Below, one piece after another: positions 19,072 through 28,930 of a stretch of 38,628 nt of DNA. The stretch covers positions 1 through 38,628 of the forward strand of contig JAUHYX010000002.1 in assembly GCA_030426285.1 (NCBI GenBank). The letters run 5' to 3'. The translations under genes and the position numbers were made by a program. Positions within the stretch are counted from its first letter, which is position 1; the number at the start of each line of letters is the position of its first letter. This DNA comes from a bacterium. Its GTDB lineage: Bacteria > Bacteroidota > Ignavibacteria > Kapaibacteriales > UBA7675. Under the pieces are notes generated by a model. It ran no database searches. It saw only the letters and a program-made list of their open reading frames with translations, and had not been told where the DNA came from.

Positions 19072-20034
19072 TTATTCAGGTTTTAGTACAAAACGGGCAT
19101 GTTCTGGCACAAGTCCGAGATCCTTAATGAGATTCATTGCTTTTTCATCTCTGCTCATCCATACGCTATAACCATATGGCAGGAATTGTCCTTCATCGCG
19201 TATGTATGCCGACACAGTTACTGGCCACGGATATAGTTCTGTAACGATTGAAGACTGATGTACTTGTGCTGGAGGCAAAAAGTTGCCACTGGAATCATAC
19301 CATCCTATACGTGTTCCGTGTAATGTGGTGTCTTGCGCTATCCAGCTCAGATATCCAAATGCCAATGCTTTTGGGTTCTCGCGTACATAGTTCACCACGG
19401 AGTCTACTGTAGAGAACAAGCGCATGGGAATCTTCGGAGTAGCTCCGTCAAGCACCTGATAATACAGGTTCGCATACACTGAACTTTTTGTATTGAGAGA
19501 TACCAATTCAGGAGATGTAAATGAGGTGCTGTCGTACGAAGCGAGTGTAGGTCTTTCGCCTTTGATGTACGCCGATAGATTGTGGGCTTTCACATATGGA
19601 AGGGTTTGCCTATCCGATGAAAACAACACTAGTGCGTCTTTGAACAGCGGTACGATTTGATGTGGAGCAACATTGTGCTGCTCCATAACCTCGCGTTCTT
19701 GCGGCAAGTAGTCACGTGCGAGAATAACGATGCGAGTCGTGTCGTCACCGAGTAACTTCTGACTAGCCATCGTCGCGGTTTCTGGAATGAGCGTTATATG
19801 CGCTTGCGGATAGTCGCGCTCGTACAGTGGTAGAAGTTCGTCTACAATGGGAAAGACCGTGTTGTCAACCGAGACGGAAATTGTACCCTGTAAGGCTGTC
19901 TCACTTCGAGGAGCTTCGGCTTCTGCTGTATCTGCTTCACCATTATTATCACAGCCAATCAGAAGTGCACCGCACATGATTGAGCAAAGATACGCGAACA
20001 TAACGGTGTGTGGTATTGATTTGATCTTTCGCAT
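19072..20034 (-). CDS. PstS-family / PBP-like substrate-binding lipoprotein
   Basis: Has a lipobox (LLIGC). The GTISVSVDNTVFPIVDEL...ILARDYLPQE...LAFGYLSW...YPWPVTVSAYI pattern fits the PBP_like_2 (phosphate-binding protein) fold. The ATG at 20034 has a GGAGGT SD site 6 nt upstream, whereas the ORF track begins at a GTG at 20061. Confidence 0.7.
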   Translation of the reverse strand: MRKIKSIPHTVMFAYLCSIMCGALLIGCDNNGEADTAEAEAPRSETALQGTISVSVDNTVFPIVDELLPLYERDYPQAHITLIPETATMASQKLLGDDTTRIVILARDYLPQEREVMEQHNVAPHQIVPLFKDALVLFSSDRQTLPYVKAHNLSAYIKGERPTLASYDSTSFTSPELVSLNTKSSVYANLYYQVLDGATPKIPMRLFSTVDSVVNYVRENPKALAFGYLSWIAQDTTLHGTRIGWYDSSGNFLPPAQVHQSSIVTELYPWPVTVSAYIRDEGQFLPYGYSVWMSRDEKAMNLIKDLGLVPEHARFVLKPE

Positions 20035-20072
20035 AGGTCTACCTCCGTTGATAACTGTCACGTAATCGTTAC

Positions 20073-20294
20073 TTATTCTTCCTCATCGAGTAGGCGTTGA
20101 TTGTATTGGATCATTTTAGTGTGAAATGACACCATTCTGTACAGGCCAAACAAAATCATGATTACGCCCATGACCCATACAAATCGCACATCCGTGTGTG
20201 GAAACAACACATCTGCTAAAACGAGCACAATGAGTCCCATGAGCATCATGAGACCTCTAGCTACATAGTTTAGTATGACGAATACTTTGCTCAT
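20073..20294 (-). CDS. Small two-TM membrane protein, function unknown
   Basis: Product is 73 aa with two clear hydrophobic helices (GLMMLMGLIVLVLADVLF; FVWVMGVIMILFGLY) and an acidic tail (LLDEEE). It starts with ATG but has no obvious SD site. It is wedged between tonB and the PstS-like gene. Confidence 0.5.
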   Translation of the reverse strand: MSKVFVILNYVARGLMMLMGLIVLVLADVLFPHTDVRFVWVMGVIMILFGLYRMVSFHTKMIQYNQRLLDEEE

Positions 20295-20301
20295 AACAAA
20301 A

Positions 20302-20344
20302 GAGCAGGAGTGCAGACCACTATTGCAGCCTCACAATCCTGCTC
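20302..20344 (-). terminator. Stem-loop plus short U-tract between tonB and the small membrane ORF (possible terminator or attenuator)
   Basis: On the minus strand, GAGCAGGA (20344-20337) pairs with TCCTGCTC (20309-20302) across a 27-nt loop. The stem is followed directly by TTTTGTT and then the ATG of the 73-aa ORF. The loop is large, so the call is weak. Confidence 0.3.
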
Positions 20345-20360
20345 ACTATCATTTTCACGT

Positions 20361-21125
20361 TTAACGCAATTGGAAAACAACTGGTACAGAGAACCACGCA
20401 CCAACAGGTTCACCGTTCTGGATCCCTGGAGAATACGTTGCCTGCTTTACCGCTTTTAATGCCGCCTGTTTGAGCTGTTCATTATCCGAATGCTCAACAA
20501 CGGCTTCTTGCAATTTTCCGTCTTTCCCAACATATACACGAATGTACACTGTTCCTTCAATACCAGCGCGCTTGGCAATGTCCGGGTATTCCACAAGCTT
20601 CTGCAGCGCTGAAATATCAGTACTTGGCTGTACTTCAACTGGAATAAACTCGTACATGTCTGGAATTTCTTCTTCAACTTCTACTTCGATGTCAAGGTCT
20701 TCTACTTCAACATCAATTTCAGTTTCTTCAACCGAACCTTGCGCATCGGATGTTTCCATGTCCTCAACGCTTGCAAAAATTTCCATTTCTGGCGTCACAA
20801 GGGCATCAGGTACTGCAACTGGTTTACCTGCTCGCGCAACCTGCTTCAGAATCTGGTCTGTTGAAGGTGGCGGTGGCGGTGTTGCCTCACTTGGCGGTGG
20901 CGGTGGCAAATTGCGCAACGACACTCGTTTGGCTTTGAGTGGTGGACGCAAGTCCGCTGAAGTTTTCGGGCCAAAGGCTGAATACGCGTAATAACTTCCA
21001 AAGAAGAGCGCCATTCCTGCAAATGTGAACACTGTCGCACGCACGGTGTTCTTGCGAATCACTTCTTTCAGTTCTTTTGCGCCATAGCTGCCGCGTTTTA
21101 GGGGCTGTGTATTACTTTTTGTCAT
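20361..21125 (-). CDS. tonB: Energy transducer TonB
   Basis: Has an N-terminal TM anchor, a Pro-rich spacer (LPPPPPSEATPPPPPS), an acidic EV/DI repeat stretch, and a C-terminal TonB domain (YPDIAKRAGIEGTVYIRVYVGKDGK...PV). A GAGGAG SD site is present. Confidence 0.85.
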   Translation of the reverse strand: MTKSNTQPLKRGSYGAKELKEVIRKNTVRATVFTFAGMALFFGSYYAYSAFGPKTSADLRPPLKAKRVSLRNLPPPPPSEATPPPPPSTDQILKQVARAGKPVAVPDALVTPEMEIFASVEDMETSDAQGSVEETEIDVEVEDLDIEVEVEEEIPDMYEFIPVEVQPSTDISALQKLVEYPDIAKRAGIEGTVYIRVYVGKDGKLQEAVVEHSDNEQLKQAALKAVKQATYSPGIQNGEPVGAWFSVPVVFQLR

Positions 21126-21207
21126 TGTATTTACTCCTCGTGGGAGTGCAACATCATATGTGTATTACTGTAATCGTTGAAGAATCCAAACCAACTACAA
21201 AAGCCTA

Positions 21208-21777
21208 TTAGGGCAACTTGTCAATTTCTTCTTCTTCATCTTCGTCCATAGGCACAAGAGCGAACTTTCGTTTGCGTTCACTGATATTGACAGTATTGAG
21301 CATGTCGATAATATCGGTCTCAGACAATTCCAAGACATCGAGCACTTCAATCATGTCTGTGTAACTAGCCTTGCGAGAAATCGCGAGTGACATGATGAGT
21401 TCGTTGCGCATGGATTCTACCATATTAGCGTTGACAACCAACTTTTTCAAGTCCTCTATCTGTACCTTGGTGTAATCAGCGTTCTCTTTAAGCCCTTTAT
21501 ACCAGAACACATCTCCGTCACCACGTACTAGCAAACTGAACAGCTTGGATTCGGGAACATCAACCGGACTGTCATTGTCTGGTGGGATACTCATTTCCAT
21601 CACTTTTGGTTGGTTCATGGTCGTTGTGAACATGAAGAACGTCAAAAGTAGAAATGCAATATCCACGAGCGGCGTCATGTCAAGAACAAAGCTGACGCGT
21701 TTCGGTTTTTTGCGCTTACTGGCAAAGGAACCTCGTTTTTCGCGTTTTTCAACGCTTAAACTTCCACCACCTGCCAT
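21208..21777 (-). CDS. exbD: Biopolymer transport protein ExbD/TolR (long form)
   Basis: Contains the LDMTPLVDIAFLLLTFFM TM signature. A GAGGAG SD site is present. It has a basic N-terminal extension and an acidic C-terminus. Confidence 0.9.
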   Translation of the reverse strand: MAGGGSLSVEKREKRGSFASKRKKPKRVSFVLDMTPLVDIAFLLLTFFMFTTTMNQPKVMEMSIPPDNDSPVDVPESKLFSLLVRGDGDVFWYKGLKENADYTKVQIEDLKKLVVNANMVESMRNELIMSLAISRKASYTDMIEVLDVLELSETDIIDMLNTVNISERKRKFALVPMDEDEEEEIDKLP

Positions 21778-21843
21778 GTATATTCTCCTCGTTTACGAGT
21801 ACCAAACTGGCCTCGCAACGTTTTACAGTTTTCGTAAGTTCTG

Positions 21844-22362
21844 TTATTCGCCAGCTTTTTTATCAGTCACAAAGTTGAAGATAGTGGCATTGCGCTTACG
21901 CATAACATCCATCATATCTTCAATCCAGCTGTACTTTACTCTTCCGTCGGCTTCTACGACATAGCGAGTTGATCGCGGTGCTTGCACTCTTGTTTGGACA
22001 ATAAACTTATCCAATTCTTCTGGTGTACTGGCCTTTTGTAGCAACTTCGTAGCCAGCGTGTCGTGCACACCGGCGTCTCGATAAATGCTCTCTCTAACGT
22101 TTTCATTTGTCAACGTATAAAAGTATGCCGTATCACCAGTTTCATCTTCAATACCGATCTTAATAATTGCTGCATCTTTCTCAGGTATAGCAATTGATGC
22201 GGCCACAGATTTTGGACGCTCAATGGTAAACTTCTGTTCCGATTCGGCCTCACTCTTAAACTTGGCCGTGAACATAAAGAATGTCAGCAACAAGAATGCG
22301 ATATCCACCAGAGGTGTCATATCAAGCACGAATCCCTGTCGTCTCTGTTTTACTTTTGGCAT
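21844..22362 (-). CDS. exbD: Biopolymer transport protein ExbD/TolR
   Basis: Contains the same LDMTPLVDIAFLLLTFFMF signature. A GAGGT SD site is present. Confidence 0.9.
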   Translation of the reverse strand: MPKVKQRRQGFVLDMTPLVDIAFLLLTFFMFTAKFKSEAESEQKFTIERPKSVAASIAIPEKDAAIIKIGIEDETGDTAYFYTLTNENVRESIYRDAGVHDTLATKLLQKASTPEELDKFIVQTRVQAPRSTRYVVEADGRVKYSWIEDMMDVMRKRNATIFNFVTDKKAGE

Positions 22363-22389
22363 GTGTACCTCAACAGTATACGATTAGGA

Positions 22390-23130
22390 TTACTTCTTCA
22401 ACTTAACTGTCAAAATCTCAGTCATGCTCAAGATTGCTTCATCAATCATGTACACAAACTGGTCGATTTTTGTCGTAAAGAAGTTGAAGAACACAATACA
22501 GATAACAGCGCCGATCAAACCGCCGGCAGTGTTATAGAGTGCTTCAGAGATACCGATAGAGAGCTGTGTTGCAGATACAACAGTTGTTCCGAGGAGACCA
22601 ACCATGGTTGCAATAGAAGCAATTGTTGAGAGGATAACCATGTTCTTTTCGAGCAGTGGAGTTTCCAAGTTTGTGGCTTCATCAATAGCACGCTTTACTT
22701 CAAGCATCTTCTTCTCAGCGTTCTGAGCGTCATCACCCTTTACTTCGTTGTATTTATCTAAACCAGAACGAATGATATTTGCCAACGAGCCGCGCTGTGT
22801 GTCACAAGCTTTAATAGCTGCATCGATATCATTGTTTGCGAGATGTGTTTGCACAGCCTTAACAAACTGTGGCAACTGTCCTTTCCCTTGTGCTTTGGCG
22901 ATTGACAAGAATCGCTCTACAACGAATGTACAGGCAATGAGAATGAATGCAATCAACAGGGATACAAGAGGTCCACCTGTGTAGATGTAACCCAGTGTGT
23001 TACCAGATTTTGGTTGGTGGCGAATCTCTGGGTCCAAAAAGTTTGATGGGTCACCCAAAACATATTCAAAGAATAAGTATGCAACCACAATTGATGCAAC
23101 AATAGCAATAACATTGAAGAGGTTCTTCAT
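22390..23130 (-). CDS. exbB: MotA/TolQ/ExbB proton-channel protein
   Basis: Has three TM segments and the C-terminal conserved region LLGTTV...ISEALYNTAGGLIGA, typical of ExbB/TolQ. Confidence 0.9.
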   Translation of the reverse strand: MKNLFNVIAIVASIVVAYLFFEYVLGDPSNFLDPEIRHQPKSGNTLGYIYTGGPLVSLLIAFILIACTFVVERFLSIAKAQGKGQLPQFVKAVQTHLANNDIDAAIKACDTQRGSLANIIRSGLDKYNEVKGDDAQNAEKKMLEVKRAIDEATNLETPLLEKNMVILSTIASIATMVGLLGTTVVSATQLSIGISEALYNTAGGLIGAVICIVFFNFFTTKIDQFVYMIDEAILSMTEILTVKLKK

Positions 23131-23173
23131 GAGTTAACAACTCCAAAACACATTAAACAGTTTATATATTTTT

Positions 23174-23518
23174 TTAGATATACTTCTCGATTGCGTCTTC
23201 TACGCTGTCGCCAATTTCAAACACGAGTGTCAACTTTGTAATCACAAAGATGTTCTCGATGTTGTCACCAAGGCTACACAACACAAGCTTACCGCCGCCG
23301 GCCGTGAATTTGTGGTGTGCTGAGATCAGCGCTCCCAAGGCAGTTGAATTCAGATACGTTACCTTTTCCATGTTGAGAATCACCGTTTTACTGGGATCCT
23401 CTGACAGTACTTTGAGTTTGTCGCGCAGCGTATCCGTTTCGTCGCCACCTATAAATTGCCCACGCAAATCAACAACTACGTAGGTACCAAAATCTTCTAC
23501 TTTTACAGAATCAAACAT
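23174..23518 (-). CDS. STAS-domain protein (anti-sigma-factor antagonist, SpoIIAA-like)
   Basis: Product is about 114 aa. The VILNMEKVTYLNSTALGALIS segment matches the STAS core, including a Ser at the usual phosphorylation position. The ATG at 23518 has a GGAG SD site, whereas the ORF track begins at a GTG at 23524. Confidence 0.8.
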   Translation of the reverse strand: MFDSVKVEDFGTYVVVDLRGQFIGGDETDTLRDKLKVLSEDPSKTVILNMEKVTYLNSTALGALISAHHKFTAGGGKLVLCSLGDNIENIFVITKLTLVFEIGDSVEDAIEKYI

Positions 23519-23619
23519 TGTCACTCCGGACGTACATGTTTTAGCAAAGAAAGCAAGTTAACAAAGATTGTATTCTAATTGCAACCAGTGTTATGTGCTT
23601 GCGTAACGCGTTTATTGTT

Positions 23620-24486
23620 TCAGGAACGTTTTCCTACAACAATACGCTCGAGATTATTCAAGTCATTGATCACTTCGACGCGAAAAGGCTGTTGTGCAAA
23701 CAAGTCCTTGATGCTCTGTCCTTGGTTCCATCCACATTCGAATATGAATGCTCCGTCTTGGGAGACAATGCTATCCATGATTTCAGCAAAGCGCCGATAA
23801 AACAACAATCCATCTCCCTCATCAGTCAACGCTACCCGAGGTTCGTGTAACCGTACATTGTCCTCTAATTCACCGTATTCCGATAGCGGAATATATGGTG
23901 GGTTTGACAGTACAATGTCGTATTGCTTTGAAGGAACGATGGACAAAATGTCCGCAACAAAAAACTGACAGTTGCTCGCTCCCAGTTTTTCCTTGTTCTT
24001 CATTGCCATGTCCAACGCGTTTTCTGACACGTCAAGACCAACACACTGCACCCTGTCGCCGAATCGAGATGAAAGGCTAAGCGCTAACACACCCGACCCC
24101 GTACCGATATCCAACACAGAAATAGTGTCACTACGTTGCAGTTGTTCATCTACTATGCGTTTGGCAACCTGCAACACCTCTTCTGTTTCCGGACGAGGGA
24201 TCAACACGTCGGCATTAACATTGATTTCAATTTCGTCGAACGTCACTGCCCCAGTTACATGTTGCAAGGGTATACCCTTTGCGATTTGTCGAACAGCCGC
24301 GCGCAACCATTGTAATTCGGTTTCAACAAATGGTCGGTCAAACTTCATATAGAGTTCCAACCGGGTGCATTGCAACACATGGCAAATCAGGAGTTCTGCG
24401 ACTAGTCTAGGTGACTCAATGCCTTGATTTTCAAAGAATTCGGCCATCCATCGAATCATGCTGACAGATGTCCACTCAGAAAGCAC
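23620..24486 (-). CDS. prmC: Peptide chain release factor N5-glutamine methyltransferase
   Basis: Contains LIPRPETE, DIGTGSG (SAM binding) and the NPPY catalytic motif (VLSNPPYIP). It starts with GTG. Confidence 0.9.
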   Translation of the reverse strand: MLSEWTSVSMIRWMAEFFENQGIESPRLVAELLICHVLQCTRLELYMKFDRPFVETELQWLRAAVRQIAKGIPLQHVTGAVTFDEIEINVNADVLIPRPETEEVLQVAKRIVDEQLQRSDTISVLDIGTGSGVLALSLSSRFGDRVQCVGLDVSENALDMAMKNKEKLGASNCQFFVADILSIVPSKQYDIVLSNPPYIPLSEYGELEDNVRLHEPRVALTDEGDGLLFYRRFAEIMDSIVSQDGAFIFECGWNQGQSIKDLFAQQPFRVEVINDLNNLERIVVGKRS

Positions 24487-24581
24487 GTAAACCTAACATT
24501 TTAATGTAACGTGCATGTAAAATTGGCATGTGAAAACTCAACAATTCTACGCCTACAAAGATGCAATGAAACACAGTTTGG

Positions 24582-27500
24582 TTACACATCGGTTCGGTAG
24601 TAATCCTGCATGGAAGTAATGCTGACACCGCCTTCAACACGTGTGCGCACACCTTCGATACTTGCCGAAGCCGCAGCCAACGTACTCAAGAACGGAACTT
24701 TGTTTTCCATTGCGGTTCTACCCATGATGAATTCATCGTAGCGGGCACTCTCTCCTGTTGGAGTATTGATCACCAAATCAATCTCGCCATTCTTCAGTAA
24801 ATCGATTATCGATGGCCGCGACTGATAATGCTTGTTGATGGTTGTACTCTCAATACCGTTTTCATTCAAGAACTCTGCTGTACCGGTAGTTGCCCACAAT
24901 TCGAAGCCTAGCTCAGAATATCCTTTTGCCATTTCCACTGCGCGTTGAGTTTTGTCGTGGTTCGACAGACTAATAAACACGCGGCCCGCGAGGGGAAGTC
25001 TGTTGCCACTTGAGATTCGCGACTTGAAGATCGCACTGCCAAAATTGGAGTCGATTCCCATCACTTCGCCGGTACTGCGCATTTCTGGCCCGAGGAAGTG
25101 ATTGGATTTTGGAAATTTGTTGAATGGAAATACCGACTCTTTGATGGCGACACGTCCAGGATGCAGATTCATGTCGTGTACATCCATATCTGCCAGCTTT
25201 TCTCCCAGCATTACTCGTGTGGCAACCTGCGCTACCGGTACACCTGTGGCCTTGCTCACAAACGGAACGGTGCGCGAGGCGCGCGGATTCACTTCTAACA
25301 CGTAGAGCTTGTCGTCTTTCAGCGCAAATTGAATGTTGACGAGACCAATAGCTTTCAATGCATGTGCCAGTTGTGTTGTGTACTGGCGAATGCGCTCAAT
25401 CTGTTCATTGCTGATGTTGTATGGCGGCAACACACAGGAAGAGTCACCAGAGTGAATACCCGCTTCTTCGATGTGCTGCATGATGCCAGTTACGATCACT
25501 TTTTCGCCGTCAGAAACAGCGTCAACATCAAACTCGTACGCGTTCTCGAGAAACTGATCGATCAAGATCGGTCGGTCAGGTGATTCACTTAAGGCATAGC
25601 GCATGTATTCGCGGATAGCGTCGTCGCGATAGCAAATCTGCATGGCTCTTCCGCCCAACACATAACTCGGTCGCACCAGCACCGGATATCCAATTGAGTT
25701 TGCGATCTCAACCGCTTCTTCAACTGCCGTTGTTGTGCCATAAGCCGGACAAGGAATGTTCAACCCTTTGAGAACATCACTGAAGCGCTCGCGATCTTCT
25801 GCCAAATCAATTCCTTCTGGAGATGTACCGAGGATGGTAACGCCAGCTTCCTCGAGTTGATTTGCCAACTTCAACGGTGTCTGACCTCCAAAAGCGAGAA
25901 CAACTCCCTCTGGCTGTTCGAGATCAATAACATTCATCACATCTTCAAATGTGAGCGGCTCAAAGTAGAGTTTGTCAGTGGTGTCGTAGTCGGTCGACAC
26001 TGTTTCTGGATTACAGTTGATCATGATGGCTTCATAACCCATTTTGCGCAACGCGAACACGCCCTGGACGCAACAGTAATCAAACTCAATTCCCTGACCA
26101 ATTCTGTTGGGACCACCACCGAGAATGATCACTTTTTTGCGGTCCGAGATCACTGACTCATTTTCGGTTTCGTATGTGGAGTAGTGATACGGTGTGCTGG
26201 ACTCAAATTCTGCCGCGCATGTGTCGACAGACTTAAACACAGGTATGACGAGAAGTTCTAACCTGCGTTCTCTGGCCTCTGCCTGACTTACACCACAAAG
26301 CGATGCCAATTGCACATCACTGAAACCCATTCCTTTGAAATGTTTGAGTATTGGAGCTGTCCAACTCTTAACATCATTGAATTCATCGCGAATGGTATGG
26401 GCTGCATTCACAATCTCCCGACACTGGGCAATGAACCATCGATCATACCGCGTGATCGCATAAATTTCTTCGTCAGATATGCCAAATCGCATAGCGTCAC
26501 ACAAATCAAACAAACTTGTGGAACTGCGAATGGCAAGCCGTGTTTTGAGGTGTTCGAGTTCTGCATCTCCTATTTCTGTTTGTTCGAGATACAACGGTTT
26601 GTCAAACCCGAAGCCATGCCTGTTCTTCTCTAAACTGCGAATTGCTTTTTGGAATGATTCTTTGAATGTGCGGCCAAAAGACATCACCTCACCAACTGAC
26701 TTCATCTGAACGGTCAGCCTGTCCTCTACGCCTTTGAACTTCTCAAAGTCCCAGCGCGGGATCTTGGTTACTACGTAGTCGATTGTCGGCTCAAAACATG
26801 CAGGCGTTTTCTTGGTGATATCATTTGTGATTTCGTCGAGTGTATATCCAATTGCAAGTTTGGCTGCAATCTTTGCAATTGGAAATCCAGTAGCCTTCGA
26901 GGCGAGAGCGCTCGAACGGGAAACGCGCGGATTCATTTCGATGACAATCAAACGTCCAGTTTCCGGTTGCAGAGCAAATTGAATGTTGCTCCCTCCCGTT
27001 TCGACGCCAATTTCTCTGATAATCTTCAGAGAAGCATCTCGCATCATTTGGTATTCGCGATCGGTGAGAGTCTGCGCTGGCGCTACCGTGATGGAATCGC
27101 CAGTATGCACGCCCATTGGATCAAAATTCTCAATCGAGCAAATGATCACCACATTGTCTTTGGTGTCGCGCATCACTTCGAGTTCGTATTCCTTCCAACC
27201 GAGAATCGATTCCTCAATCAGCACCTGCGATGTTGGGCTAGATGTCAAACCATGGCGCAGTTTCTCTTCGAACTCCTCCATGTTGTACGCAACACCACCG
27301 CCAGAACCACCTAGAGTAAACGAAGGTCTGATAATTACAGGAAAGCCAATTTCCTTAACAAGATCCATGCCTTCGTCATAAGTGTGCACAAAACGCCCTT
27401 TGGCCATTTCGAGTCCACAGCGATCCATCGCATCCTTAAACAAGAGTCGATCTTCTGCTTTGTCAATGCTCTCCACCTTGGAGCCAATGAGTTCTACACC

Positions 27501-27833
27501 ATGTTTTTCCAAAATACCGTTGCGGTACAGATCCATGGCTGCATTGAGAGCTACCTGACCTCCCACCGTGGGGAGAATAGCATCGGGCTTTTCACGCTTT
27601 ATGATCTCTTCGATATAATCACTCTCAATCGGCTCAATATATGTGGCATCGGCAATCTCTGGGTCGGTCATGATTGTTGCCGGATTCGAGTTGATGAGAA
27701 TCACTCGAATTCCTTCTTCCCGTAAGGCTTTACATGCCTGAGTTCCGCTGTAATCAAACTCGCAAGCTTGACCAATTACGATCGGACCAGATCCGATTAC
27801 AAGCACTGAAGAAATATCATTGCGTTTTGGCAT
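24582..27833 (-). CDS. carB: Carbamoyl-phosphate synthase large subunit
   Basis: Product is 1083 aa with a duplicated ATP-grasp architecture and an MGS-like C-terminus. The N-terminus is [27 protein letters not shown], and the second half begins [20 protein letters not shown]. Confidence 0.97.
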   Translation of the reverse strand: MPKRNDISSVLVIGSGPIVIGQACEFDYSGTQACKALREEGIRVILINSNPATIMTDPEIADATYIEPIESDYIEEIIKREKPDAILPTVGGQVALNAAMDLYRNGILEKHGVELIGSKVESIDKAEDRLLFKDAMDRCGLEMAKGRFVHTYDEGMDLVKEIGFPVIIRPSFTLGGSGGGVAYNMEEFEEKLRHGLTSSPTSQVLIEESILGWKEYELEVMRDTKDNVVIICSIENFDPMGVHTGDSITVAPAQTLTDREYQMMRDASLKIIREIGVETGGSNIQFALQPETGRLIVIEMNPRVSRSSALASKATGFPIAKIAAKLAIGYTLDEITNDITKKTPACFEPTIDYVVTKIPRWDFEKFKGVEDRLTVQMKSVGEVMSFGRTFKESFQKAIRSLEKNRHGFGFDKPLYLEQTEIGDAELEHLKTRLAIRSSTSLFDLCDAMRFGISDEEIYAITRYDRWFIAQCREIVNAAHTIRDEFNDVKSWTAPILKHFKGMGFSDVQLASLCGVSQAEARERRLELLVIPVFKSVDTCAAEFESSTPYHYSTYETENESVISDRKKVIILGGGPNRIGQGIEFDYCCVQGVFALRKMGYEAIMINCNPETVSTDYDTTDKLYFEPLTFEDVMNVIDLEQPEGVVLAFGGQTPLKLANQLEEAGVTILGTSPEGIDLAEDRERFSDVLKGLNIPCPAYGTTTAVEEAVEIANSIGYPVLVRPSYVLGGRAMQICYRDDAIREYMRYALSESPDRPILIDQFLENAYEFDVDAVSDGEKVIVTGIMQHIEEAGIHSGDSSCVLPPYNISNEQIERIRQYTTQLAHALKAIGLVNIQFALKDDKLYVLEVNPRASRTVPFVSKATGVPVAQVATRVMLGEKLADMDVHDMNLHPGRVAIKESVFPFNKFPKSNHFLGPEMRSTGEVMGIDSNFGSAIFKSRISSGNRLPLAGRVFISLSNHDKTQRAVEMAKGYSELGFELWATTGTAEFLNENGIESTTINKHYQSRPSIIDLLKNGEIDLVINTPTGESARYDEFIMGRTAMENKVPFLSTLAAASASIEGVRTRVEGGVSITSMQDYYRTDV

Positions 27834-27917
27834 AACGACTCTCGTTTATGGTGTTTGTGTTGTCTTCTTTGAACTTGTTAATCAAGCTGAACTTGGATTG
27901 AGACTGATACTGTTTCA

Positions 27918-28841
27918 CTAGTGCCATTCTCCCAAAAGGTTCAACAATGCCATACGAATGGCTACTCCATTGCGAACTTGCTCAAGTATAAGCGAGTTCG
28001 GTCCATCTGCAACGGCAGTTGCAATTTCAATTTCCCGGTTCATGGGACCAGGATGCAACACGTGCAAGTCGGGTTTGTGTTGCAGATGCTTTGGTTGCAG
28101 GCAGTAATGCTCAGCATACTCGCTGAGACTAGAAAGAACTGTTTCTTGCATCCGTTCTTTTTGTATGCGTAAAACAATCACGGCGTCCGTACACTCAACG
28201 AGTTCGTTTATTGACCCGACTTGCTGTACCGCCTTAAAAACATCGTCTTCCGGCATGAGCTCAGGAGGACCGTACATAAAACATTCGGCACCGAGTGTTT
28301 GCAGCAATTGCACATTGCTACGCGCTACCCTGCTGTGCTTTACGTCTCCGAGAATTCCGACTTTGAAGCCTCGGAAATCAACGCCAGCGCGATACAATGA
28401 AAATGCATCGAGCAACGCCTGAGTGGGATGATTGCTGCGACCGTCGCCAGCATTGATACACGATGCATTGACTGTATTGGCAATGTCGTGAATTACTCCG
28501 TCTTCACGGTGCCGGACAACAAACACGTCCGTGCCCATTGCTTCTAGCGTAAGCATAGTGTCAGTGAGTGATTCTCCCTTGCTAACACTGGACCCAGATG
28601 CCGAGAACACAACGCACTCCGCGCCAATGCGTTGGGCAGCTTTTTCAAAGGAAACACGTGTTCGTGTTGAATCTTCAAAAAATGCGAGCACCACTCGAAG
28701 ACCAGGTGTAGAAACTGGCGGATATTGTTTGGAGTCAATGGACTTACGTTGTTTTTCAGCGAGGGTAAAAATAACAGAAATGTCGTCAGCGGTGAGCTGA
28801 TCGGTTCCGAGGAGATGCGAATGGGGAAACCGAAATTGCAT
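27918..28841 (-). CDS. pyrB: Aspartate carbamoyltransferase catalytic subunit
   Basis: Contains STRTRVSFE, HPTQALLD and HPGP. The longest ORF starts at a TTG at 28877, inside the U-tract of the hup terminator. The ATG at 28841 (MQFRFPHSHLL...) gives the usual N-terminal length. An ATG at 28868 is also possible. Confidence 0.9.
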   Translation of the reverse strand: MQFRFPHSHLLGTDQLTADDISVIFTLAEKQRKSIDSKQYPPVSTPGLRVVLAFFEDSTRTRVSFEKAAQRIGAECVVFSASGSSVSKGESLTDTMLTLEAMGTDVFVVRHREDGVIHDIANTVNASCINAGDGRSNHPTQALLDAFSLYRAGVDFRGFKVGILGDVKHSRVARSNVQLLQTLGAECFMYGPPELMPEDDVFKAVQQVGSINELVECTDAVIVLRIQKERMQETVLSSLSEYAEHYCLQPKHLQHKPDLHVLHPGPMNREIEIATAVADGPNSLILEQVRNGVAIRMALLNLLGEWH

Positions 28842-28875
28842 AAAAGCAAAATTCGTGAATTTGTACATGGAAACC

Positions 28876-28905
28876 AAAAAAAAAGCCAGTGCAATACTGG
28901 CTTTT
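28876..28905 (-). terminator. Rho-independent terminator of hup
   Basis: The minus strand reads AAAAGCCAGT-ATTGC-ACTGGCTTTTTTTTT, a perfect GC-containing stem with a 5-nt loop and a 9-T run. It begins about 25 nt after the hup stop. Confidence 0.8.
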
Positions 28906-28930
28906 GAATTCTTCTATCAAAGGTGCGTAC

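Noticed and set aside
28544-28894. A 116-aa minus-strand ORF and the 29220..29528 102-aa ORF
   Set aside because: The first is an alternative frame inside pyrB. The second spans the hup promoter region and the 3-prime end of the pgsA::pgpA gene. Neither has motifs or an SD site.
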